Part shown: piece after piece, positions 24,401-32,237 of the stretch
Layout: each line of letters starts with the position of its first letter
How positions within the stretch are numbered: the first letter of the stretch is position 1
Source: a virus
Taxonomy: Duplodnaviria > Caudoviricetes
Length of the DNA stretch: 57,846 nt
Virus record (IMG/VR): IMGVR_UViG_3300009467_000016
Span: 1-57,846 of that record
Reading direction: 5' to 3' (one strand)
Translations under genes and position numbers: made by a program
Notes under the pieces: model-generated
The model's database searches: none
What the model saw: only the letters and a program-made list of their open reading frames with translations
What the model was told of the DNA's origin: nothing

Positions 24401-26416
24401 TTTACTACAGAACAAGCAAGAGCTTTACCTAATACATACGCCCAAGGAGGGCTTACATCAATGAACAATCAAACACAAAGGGCTTTTGCGCTAGGCGGCC
24501 AAGCTGAGACAGTAGACCCTGTATCAGGCAATGATGTACCGCCGGGATCGTTACCAGAGGAAGTAAGGGATGATATTGATGCCAAGCTATCTGAGGGGGA
24601 GTACGTTGTTCCTGCTGATGTTGTACGTTTCTTTGGGGTAAAATACTTTGAAGATTTACGTACAGAAGCAAAAATGGGCTTGCAACAGATGGACGCAGAT
24701 GGTAGGATAGGTGGTGAACCTGTACCTGCACAAGAGCAACCACAAGGGCAAGATGATAGTATGGACGTAGCTAAACTAAAAGCTGCACTTTCTAGTTCTG
24801 GCATGTATGCTGGGGGTTTAACGGATGGTAATAGCCTTGATAACTTTATTGATGACGCTTCTCGTAGTCCTATGGTTAATGGAAGAATGAGAGCAGGGGG
24901 TGCTACAGTTAAGATGGCTGTTGGGGGTTTAGTACCTACAGGCACCTATGGGGATGTTACCAAGGTAGACGGCATTATTAAACAGCTTATGACTGCAGCT
25001 AATAATGATCCTGTGTTAATGGAAAAGCTTTCCAGTAAAGGCATTATGATTAACAAGACAGGTGCAGATAAAAAGTCTGCTGAAATGCAACAAGCTAATA
25101 AACCTCAAGAGCCGCTTAAGGCGGCTAAAGGAACTCTTGTTAGTCCTGACCCGTTTAACCTTGAAGATTATGATAATTTAGGAAGTAGCATATTTGACGC
25201 TGCAGGTATAGAAGACCCACTTAAAGCTATTGAAGCTACCTTTTTAGATTCAAATGGTGTAATAGAGCAAATTGTTTTGATTGCTCCTGATGGCATGGAG
25301 ATACCTGTAGCTTGGAATAGTGCTATGCCTATCCCGCCGGGTTTCACTAAAAAGGCTACAAATGAGTATGGCGGCACTAAACCTGTTGCATCTGCTGCAC
25401 CTGTAAATAATTCTTTAGTTCGTCGTAAGGCAGGGGATGGTAAGACAGGGGATGACTCTGACACTGGTGGAGGTGGGGGAGAGCCTACAACTACTTCAAC
25501 TCCTTTTGACTACAGAGGAGTCTCTATAGAGGATTTAAAAAGTAGGTTAGATAAAACAAAAAAGTATAGTAAAATAGGTAGTATTATTGGTGTTTTTGCT
25601 GGTCCTGTAGGTACGGTTATAGGACTTGCAGCAAAAGCTAATTATGGAATAGTAAAAAGACGCATTGAAATAGAGTTAGATACAAGAATAAAAGAAGGTA
25701 CAATAACAGCCAAAGACCTTGGGTCAGAGAAAAATCCTAACGAACTACGTGTATTAATTGCAGACGTATCAACTAAACGTAAGCTTAGTGCGGCTGAAAA
25801 GATAGTTGCAGATGAAAACGCAAAACTTAAAAACCTAGACCCCGAAGCATTTATAGAAAAACAAAGGAGGAGTATATTTAATGTAGCTCCTGACCAAAAA
25901 GGGGTTTTAGATAAATTTCTTGATGCTGCTGCCCAAAACGCTGCAGATAAAATCGCAGAAGAAGTATTAAATAATCAAGTAGATGGCACACCTACTACTT
26001 CTGGTAGGAGTTCTACTAAGCCAAAACTTAAAGGTCTTGAAAAAGTAACTGCACTTAAAGCTGCACAGGACTTTGCTACTACTAAACGCCTTGAAAAAGA
26101 ACGTAAAGATGAAGAAGCACGAAAAGCAGCACAAGCCGCTGCTAATGCACAGGCTGCAAGAGCAAGACAAGCAGCAAGAGAGGCAGAGAATGAAAGGGAA
26201 AGAGGCGATGATGGCCCAAACTTTAGTAGTAGCGACGAAGGTGGTGGTGGGTCTAGTAACTTTGGTGTATTTACTGGTAGAACTGTTACAAAGTCTGATG
26301 GTACAAAAGGTAAGGGACGATCAGATTACAAAGAAGGCGGCTTAGTCTCCATGCCAGCAGCAAAGAAAAAGAAACAAACAACCCAGCGAAGAAAGGGTCT
26401 AGGTACTAGGCCGTAA
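21482..26416 (+). CDS. Large polyvalent protein (NlpC/P60-CHAP-like, LPD23-like, zincin metallopeptidase)
   Basis: WCAAFVN...GDI...HVTFY...VGGN; GWSEGKDGKYRWELSD; LLHEVMHRIQQKEGF...GEVEA; DDIDAKLSEGEYVVPADVV. Confidence 0.8.
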   Translation: MARLESQMEDIMGYPTGGDPSIIDPTTGKPYDDSSRMRQQAEITRQADAMEAFQNDENKVKLPKLLEEKITPLFNKPEIKFSAQDLEKQYKDYNPEFGKANELDDYGMKRYVADRSSFLTEPKLNTYNTSLIDTIIDAGFLLRNETQGVTNEKSLLSNFDKIKDRPAVIGFLKEALGPGPYGEGFDINKASWCAAFVNHILGIAGFDQLKYGENKSEESYNKIRANAYLKYGTPVDSLEDAKEGDIIIWDLKPNNSDDGTHVTFYAGDRYGKQGVGDSVDIVGGNHGARQSVSLKGSGSEDVYVKKNIRGIVRVTKNNITQDFVNELADIDPIFKPFTELNKKGNPVPLVSLRPQLRPKKFNEGGSVTSPYKRSHPSAMPADDYYDMQARQDEDKQTKEAFVEPTVPFFERPMDSDESDRIVGQDDAGNLVRQTALGNTYTVSPNPDQRTTRTKVTDAADAFLENPRLPTKDEVVGAGKAALEGAVDVVSTPKRLLTGEQSPTETQMGDVFDVSVGTGIIGATQKLPENALGMFMGRYAKNLPEGDIKEAFIADLTGMDTGTLNELGELVPTDFGGPEDYTVHSIIRQISRGADLPKAKQAVLDAGWSEGKDGKYRWELSDKDAKVDESKFTVLSATDIASAINAPLANVNYSELGDVLDHPNLYKNYPDLKTMPVFVDTDLTGTTTAGYFNTQEGYLAIAQDQLNNPKELKRTLLHEVMHRIQQKEGFDSGTNKLSDEVRKIYDSRANAPEAKAAWAKYDQDIANYDFNHIPKSLDLFRNIIKFSEDNNLNYGNTPFIEDAKSKFVDSIRAAKMARDARRDLGPNSSEYKKLLQFAIDTSASNTLKVMRRFSRLMEAAERGAMGPRSYRITQDYRDLFKDLPIMKDGSLMFNAENLGTQLLGLEQPLLPDYINPNATPTQISADKRLIYRSKSGEVEATNVEYRMDFDDAQRSENSPKETEFGATGFERDEQFTTEQARALPNTYAQGGLTSMNNQTQRAFALGGQAETVDPVSGNDVPPGSLPEEVRDDIDAKLSEGEYVVPADVVRFFGVKYFEDLRTEAKMGLQQMDADGRIGGEPVPAQEQPQGQDDSMDVAKLKAALSSSGMYAGGLTDGNSLDNFIDDASRSPMVNGRMRAGGATVKMAVGGLVPTGTYGDVTKVDGIIKQLMTAANNDPVLMEKLSSKGIMINKTGADKKSAEMQQANKPQEPLKAAKGTLVSPDPFNLEDYDNLGSSIFDAAGIEDPLKAIEATFLDSNGVIEQIVLIAPDGMEIPVAWNSAMPIPPGFTKKATNEYGGTKPVASAAPVNNSLVRRKAGDGKTGDDSDTGGGGGEPTTTSTPFDYRGVSIEDLKSRLDKTKKYSKIGSIIGVFAGPVGTVIGLAAKANYGIVKRRIEIELDTRIKEGTITAKDLGSEKNPNELRVLIADVSTKRKLSAAEKIVADENAKLKNLDPEAFIEKQRRSIFNVAPDQKGVLDKFLDAAAQNAADKIAEEVLNNQVDGTPTTSGRSSTKPKLKGLEKVTALKAAQDFATTKRLEKERKDEEARKAAQAAANAQAARARQAAREAENERERGDDGPNFSSSDEGGGGSSNFGVFTGRTVTKSDGTKGKGRSDYKEGGLVSMPAAKKKKQTTQRRKGLGTRP

Positions 26417-26436
26417 CTACAAAAAAAGGAAAACTA

Positions 26437-27332
26437 ATGCCACCAGAACTAACAACTATGGAGAAACCTAAGACAGCAGGTTTTGTTGATAGCACATACC
26501 GCAATGCCAATGCACGACGTATTGCTGAAGAAGAAGCTGAAATGGCTAAATTTGATGCAGCCCAACAGGAGGGCGGTGAGAAACAAGAGGATCAAGCAGA
26601 ACCAGAAAGTGTTGCAAAAAAGCAACAGGTTGAAGCTAAAGAGCCTGACACAGGGGAAGAACGCACATACAAGAAACGGTATGATGACATTCGCAAGCTA
26701 CAAAGTAACACTGCAGCAGAACTAAAGGCTATCAAAGCCCAACTAGAGAACGCTAAAGATCAAGGCATTGTACGCCCACCTAAGAGCGATGAAGACATTC
26801 AAGCTTGGGCTGACAAGTACCCTGACGTTGCAGCTATTGTTGAGACTATTGCTGAGAAAAAAGCACAAGAGAAGTTTAGCTTTGCAGAGGACCGTCTACG
26901 CCAGATTGATGAAATGTCTGAGGAAGCTAACCGTAGTAAATCTATGGATGCTATTCGTGAATCACATAGCGACTTTGATGATCTCAAGGAGAGCGACGAG
27001 TTTCACGATTGGGCAGGGAACAGCCTAAGTGGGTACAGGATGCTTTGTATGAGAACCAAGATGACCCACGCTCTGTAGTACGGGTCATTGATCTATACAA
27101 AGGTGACAAGGGGTTAGACACTAAGTCCCGCAAGAAGTCATCTAAGGCTGCTGCATCTGCAGTTGTAACTAAACGCTCATCCAAGCCTAGTGAAGCTGAC
27201 AACGATGTTTCCTTTACTGAATCACAAGTTGGCAAGATGTCAATGCAGGATTTTGAGAAACATCAGGAGGCTATTATGGAAGCACAACGTGCAGGGAAAT
27301 TTATTTATGATCTTTCTGGCGGTGCAAGGTAA
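26437..27332 (+). CDS. Putative scaffolding protein, frameshifted near 27016
   Basis: Acidic coiled coil (YKKRYDD) before MCP; ...FHDWA continues as EQPKWVQDALYEN in the -1 frame to ...FIYDLSGGAR. Confidence 0.75.
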
Positions 27333-27340
27333 ATAAAAGC

Positions 27341-27368
27341 TTGACAACAAAAGATTACTAAGTATAAC
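27341..27368 (+). promoter_or_regulatory. Promoter upstream of the major capsid gene
   Basis: TTGACA-N16-TATAAC(TA). Confidence 0.75.
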
Positions 27369-27575
27369 TATACCTACAAGACACTACTTTGAGAAGCAAG
27401 CCCTACTAAAGTGTAGCTACCTTGCTTCTTAATTACTACTAAGCAACAACATATTAGTTAAGACCTACCTGAATTTACAGGCCCGTTGTAACAACGCCAC
27501 CCTTAAAAATGCAGCCTCTTAAACTTGTGTTAAGCTTACTTAAACCTAAGCCAAACATTTAATGGAGGAACCATC

Positions 27576-28649
27576 ATGGCTTTTACAACGGCATCAGGTT
27601 ATGGGAATTTACCAAACGGTAATTTTAGCCCAGTAATCTATTCAAAAAAAGTACAGCTTGCATTCCGCAAGAGTACAGTAGTTGGTGACGTTACCAACTC
27701 AGACTATTTTGGTGAAATCGCTGCACAAGGTGATACCGTCAAGATTATCAAAGAACCCGAAATTTCTGTCTCAGAGTATGCACGTGGCACGAATGTCACA
27801 GCACAAGATTTGCAAGACGAAGATTTCACCTTAGTCATTGATAAGGCTAACTATTTTGCCTTTAAGATGGACGATATTGAAGAAGCACACAGCCACGTCA
27901 ATTTCATGGACCTTGCAACAAGTCGCGCTGCATACCGTCTAGCTGACAACCATGACCAAGAAGTTCTTGCGTACATGTCAGGCTACAAGCAGTCTTCTTT
28001 GCACAGCAAAGGTGATACCCTTAACACTACTGTTAATGGTTCTAAGGCTGTATCTACTGCAGGTGCTAACGAACTGCTCTCCTCTATGCAACTGCATAAA
28101 GGTGACTTTGGCAACATTACTACTGCCTCTGCTGGCACTCACTCAATTCCTGTGACTGCACGTATGCCGGGAGCTACTTCCCTGCCAACTGCTACCGTTT
28201 CCCCTGCAATGATTGTATCACGCATGAAACGTTTGCTTGATCAACAGCAAGTTGACTCACAAGGTCGCTGGCTGATTGTGGACCCAGTGTTTATGGAAAT
28301 CCTTGCTGATGAAGATTCACGCTTCATGAACGCTGATTTCGGTGAATCAGGCGGTTTGCGTAACGGTCTGTCCGTTAACAACTTCCACGGCTTCCGTGTT
28401 TATTCCTCGTCCAATTTGCCAGCACTCGGCACTGGGGCAGGTACAGCAGGTACAGCTAACCAATTGACTAATTGCGGTATTATCGTAGCTGGTCATGACT
28501 CGGCTGTTGCAACTGCAGAGCAGATCAACAAAACCGAAACATATCGTGACCCTGACAGCTTTGCTGACATTGTTCGTGGTATGCATCTATACGGTAGGAA
28601 GATTCTTCGCCCTGAAGCAATCGTCACTGCCCGTTATAACGCAGCATAA
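27576..28649 (+). CDS. Major capsid protein
   Basis: NFSPVIYSKKV...YFGEI..QGDTVKII...FADIVRGMHLYGRKILRPEA; GGAGG RBS; own promoter. Confidence 0.92.
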   Translation: MAFTTASGYGNLPNGNFSPVIYSKKVQLAFRKSTVVGDVTNSDYFGEIAAQGDTVKIIKEPEISVSEYARGTNVTAQDLQDEDFTLVIDKANYFAFKMDDIEEAHSHVNFMDLATSRAAYRLADNHDQEVLAYMSGYKQSSLHSKGDTLNTTVNGSKAVSTAGANELLSSMQLHKGDFGNITTASAGTHSIPVTARMPGATSLPTATVSPAMIVSRMKRLLDQQQVDSQGRWLIVDPVFMEILADEDSRFMNADFGESGGLRNGLSVNNFHGFRVYSSSNLPALGTGAGTAGTANQLTNCGIIVAGHDSAVATAEQINKTETYRDPDSFADIVRGMHLYGRKILRPEAIVTARYNAA

Positions 28650-28663
28650 GGGAGATATAAATT

Positions 28664-29197
28664 ATGGCTACTTATGACATGACTTCCATTGATACCGCTG
28701 GTGTTGGGGCAAACTCTATTGCTGTCCCAACCAATGTTGGTAACTCTGTACGGACTATTGAAGCAATCCTAGATATTGATGCAATGGTTACTGCTGGATA
28801 CTCTGGCGCAGATGGTGACATCTTTCAATTGCTTGAAATCCCTGCCGAATCAGTAATGCTTGCTGGCGGTGCGGAAATCATGAAGTCCTTTACGGCTTCT
28901 TGTACTTGTAATATTGACTTCGCTGGTGGCGATGACATTATTGACGGTGCTGCACTAGACGCTGCTGCTGGTACATACCTTGCAAAAGGTACTGCTGGTG
29001 AAGCTAACATTGTAAATACAGGTGCTGCATCTACTTATGCGGCTGCTGCGTTAGCTCTTGTTAGTGCTGCAGATACCATTGATGTTGTTATTGCTGATGC
29101 TGCACCTGCAACTGGACGCCTTCGGGTCTATGCAGTAATTGCAGATATTTCTGCTGCAATGACAGAACCTGCTGTTGCACAGCGCGACCTTCTGTAA
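28664..29197 (+). CDS. Virion structural protein (minor capsid/decoration-like)
   Basis: Ala-rich 177 aa directly after MCP. Confidence 0.65.
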   Translation: MATYDMTSIDTAGVGANSIAVPTNVGNSVRTIEAILDIDAMVTAGYSGADGDIFQLLEIPAESVMLAGGAEIMKSFTASCTCNIDFAGGDDIIDGAALDAAAGTYLAKGTAGEANIVNTGAASTYAAAALALVSAADTIDVVIADAAPATGRLRVYAVIADISAAMTEPAVAQRDLL

Positions 29198-29213
29198 GAC
29201 AATACATTAACTT

Positions 29214-29238
29214 TGGGGCTGGCTATATGCTGGCCCCA
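29214..29238 (+). terminator. Hairpin after capsid genes (terminator or mRNA stabiliser)
   Basis: TGGGGCTGGC-TATAT-GCTGGCCCCA; weak U tract. Confidence 0.55.
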
Positions 29239-29271
29239 TTAGTGTATCAAAAGATTTATTGAGGAAACATA

Positions 29272-30207
29272 ATGGCTCTTACTTTTCTTTCATTAACTAA
29301 TAGTACTATTACTCGTATGAATGAAGTAGAGCTTACATCTAGTAACTTTACTGGGTCAAGAGGCGTACAGACACAATGTAAAGCAGCAGTCAATGAAGCA
29401 ATACGATACATCAACCAGCGTGAATTTGGATATTCTTTTAATCACGCTAATAATTCTTCTACCTTAGTAGCAGGGCAATGTAGATACACAGTACCTACAA
29501 GTACCAAGTCTATTGATTATAGCACAGCTAGAATTAAGCGGGACACTGATCTTAATACAACAGGTAATAACCTATCAACGTTGAACTATAATGAATATAT
29601 TGATAAAGACTATGCCAATGAGGAAGACGATGTTATAGCTACAACGCTAAACGGGTCACACTCTGATAGCGTAGCTACACTAACACTTGCATCTACTACA
29701 GGACTTGACGCTACAGGTACAGTACATATAGGTAGTGAGCAAGTTACTTACACTGGCATACTAGGTAATGACATTACAGGCTGCACACGTGGTGCTAATA
29801 GCACAACTGCTGCTGCACATTCAAGTGGCGTAGCAGTCACACAGTTTGAAGGTGGTGGTGTACCTAGAAGTATTGTACGCACACCTGACAACAATTACCT
29901 TTTATATCCGTACCCTGATAAGGCATATGCGTTAGTCTTTGACTACTACACCTTTCCATCTGACTTGTCAGCCCACGGTGATACAACTTCTATACCTGAC
30001 CGTTTTGCACCTGTCATAATAGATGGTGCTACAGCTTTTGTTTATCAATACCGTGGAGAGGTAAATCAATACCAGTTAAACTTTAGTAGATTTGAGCAAG
30101 GCATTAAAAATATGCAAAGCTTGTTAATTAATAAGTATGAATATATTAGATCAACTGTAATTAATAGACCACGTGGTTCTTCTAACTTTATGTCAGGTGT
30201 TAATTAA
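29272..30207 (+). CDS. Head-tail adaptor / tail tubular protein A-like
   Basis: TFLSLTN..RMNE, TLVAGQCRY, LYPYPDKAY, IPDRF..VIIDGA; podovirus synteny. Confidence 0.7.
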   Translation: MALTFLSLTNSTITRMNEVELTSSNFTGSRGVQTQCKAAVNEAIRYINQREFGYSFNHANNSSTLVAGQCRYTVPTSTKSIDYSTARIKRDTDLNTTGNNLSTLNYNEYIDKDYANEEDDVIATTLNGSHSDSVATLTLASTTGLDATGTVHIGSEQVTYTGILGNDITGCTRGANSTTAAAHSSGVAVTQFEGGGVPRSIVRTPDNNYLLYPYPDKAYALVFDYYTFPSDLSAHGDTTSIPDRFAPVIIDGATAFVYQYRGEVNQYQLNFSRFEQGIKNMQSLLINKYEYIRSTVINRPRGSSNFMSGVN

Positions 30208-32237
30208 TGCCAGATAATTCTCAATCTCAACCAGTAGCATTTAATTGTGAAGGCGGTTTAGTTAAAAACCGTTCTACTTTTCTTATGCAGCCGGGAGAGG
30301 CTTTAGTTTTAGAAAACTTTGAGCCTGACGTTGAGGGTGGCTATAGACGTATTAATGGTCATAGAAAATTAATTAATCAGATTGTACCACAGACTAATAG
30401 CTCTGGTGAAAAAGTACTTATGATTGCTAAATTTGCAGATAAGTATATTGCTGCTAGAGGTGAAAAAATATGGACAAGTGCTTCTGCTGAACTACGTACT
30501 AATATTGAGGCTAACACCAGTATGACAGGTTCAGGCACAATAGGCGTAGACAGTGTTGCAGGTTTTTCTAGTAGTGGCACTCTTGAAATAGCTATTACAG
30601 AAACTACTGTTGAACGATTTACTTATACAGGTATTAATGCGTCATCTAATCCTCCCACTTTTACAGGTGTAACACGGCAAGTAGACAGTACTAATGCTGC
30701 TCAACACTTTTTTGGCATTCAAGTTTCAGAAAATTGGACAGAAAGAGATACAGGCAGAACTAATGCAGGTAAGTATCGTTTTGAAAGATTTAACTTTGAT
30801 GGCACAGATAAGATTGTACTTGTTGATGAGGTTAATGCCCCTGTGGTTTTTAATAGCTCTCTTTCAGCTACAGATATTTCGCCTTCTAATGTTGGGTCAG
30901 GTGAAGTTACTGCATTAGGTGCTGACATTGCTGCTGATACAAGTATGACTGGATCAGGTACAATTACAGTAAAAAGCACTGTAGGTTTTATTGACCCTAG
31001 TTCTGGAACTCAGTCTGTATTAATAAATAGTGAAATATTTACATACACAGGACTTACTTCTACTACTTTTACAGGGGTAACTAGAGCTACCAGTGGAACA
31101 ACTGCAGCTGCACATGTAATAGGAGATACTGTCGCAGATTTATTTCCCCCTACAGTTGAAGGCGCTAAATTTGTTACTTCTTTTAAAGAACATATTTTTT
31201 ATGCAGGGATGGCAAATACACCACAAGAATTAGTTTTTAGTTTGCCTTTTGACGAAGATAATTTTTCTGTAGCCCTTGGCGCAGGAAGTATACGAGTAGA
31301 TGACACTATAACAGGTATTAAAGTTTTTCGAAACGATCTTTTTATTTTTTGTGAAAATAGAATTTTTAAATTGTCAGTAAATAGCCAAGCTGATTTTGTT
31401 ATGACTGCTGTTACAAGAAGCATTGGTTGTATTAACGGTGACAGTATTCAAGAATTTGGCGGTGATTTAGTTTTTCTTGGTCCTGATGGGCTACGTACTA
31501 TTGCTGCTACTGCACGTATTGGTGATACTGAACTAGGTACAATTAGTAGAAATGTACAATCTATTTTTGATGAAAACATTAAAAACAGTTCTTTGTTTGA
31601 AAGTGTAGTAATAGCAGATAAGACACAGTACAGAATATTCTTTAGTAAAACAGGTCAGTCTAGCGCACAGACAAAAGGTATTATTTGTGTACTAAGAGAG
31701 AATGGCTTTGAGTTTTCTGAAATTCGTGGGATTAAACCTGCATCTACAGATACCTTTGTTGAAACAGGTAACACGTTTGTTCTTCATGGAGACTTTGAAG
31801 GTTACGTACACCGTCAAGAAATAGGCAATACTTTTGACGGTACTGCTATATTGGGTAAGTACAGAAGTCCTGACATGAGTTTTGGAGATACTGGTGTACG
31901 CAAGCACATGCAAAGGGTTATACTTAACTACAAACCTGAATCAGCTATTGACGCTGATCTTTTACTAAGGTATGATAACGAAAGCGCTGACTCTTCAAGA
32001 CCTGCTGCTTACCCTTTAGATACTGCAGATGTTGCAGCTTTGTTTGGGGTATCTAATTTTAGTACAGAAGGGTCTTTAGTACAATTTATCTTTGGCGGTG
32101 CTTCACAACCTCTTGTAAGACAGGCTGTAGAAGGTTCAGGTTTTTCAGTAGTATTAAGAGTTCATGATGGCGGGGAAACTGCACCCTACTCCCTAAAGGG
32201 GTTTCAGCTAGAATATCAATTAGGAGCAAGACGTTAG
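30207..32237 (+). CDS. Tail nozzle / tubular protein B-like
   Basis: GGL..ENFEPD.EGGYRRING; beta-propeller-like repeats (IGCI..DSIQEFGGDLVFL). Confidence 0.72.
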   Translation: MPDNSQSQPVAFNCEGGLVKNRSTFLMQPGEALVLENFEPDVEGGYRRINGHRKLINQIVPQTNSSGEKVLMIAKFADKYIAARGEKIWTSASAELRTNIEANTSMTGSGTIGVDSVAGFSSSGTLEIAITETTVERFTYTGINASSNPPTFTGVTRQVDSTNAAQHFFGIQVSENWTERDTGRTNAGKYRFERFNFDGTDKIVLVDEVNAPVVFNSSLSATDISPSNVGSGEVTALGADIAADTSMTGSGTITVKSTVGFIDPSSGTQSVLINSEIFTYTGLTSTTFTGVTRATSGTTAAAHVIGDTVADLFPPTVEGAKFVTSFKEHIFYAGMANTPQELVFSLPFDEDNFSVALGAGSIRVDDTITGIKVFRNDLFIFCENRIFKLSVNSQADFVMTAVTRSIGCINGDSIQEFGGDLVFLGPDGLRTIAATARIGDTELGTISRNVQSIFDENIKNSSLFESVVIADKTQYRIFFSKTGQSSAQTKGIICVLRENGFEFSEIRGIKPASTDTFVETGNTFVLHGDFEGYVHRQEIGNTFDGTAILGKYRSPDMSFGDTGVRKHMQRVILNYKPESAIDADLLLRYDNESADSSRPAAYPLDTADVAALFGVSNFSTEGSLVQFIFGGASQPLVRQAVEGSGFSVVLRVHDGGETAPYSLKGFQLEYQLGARR

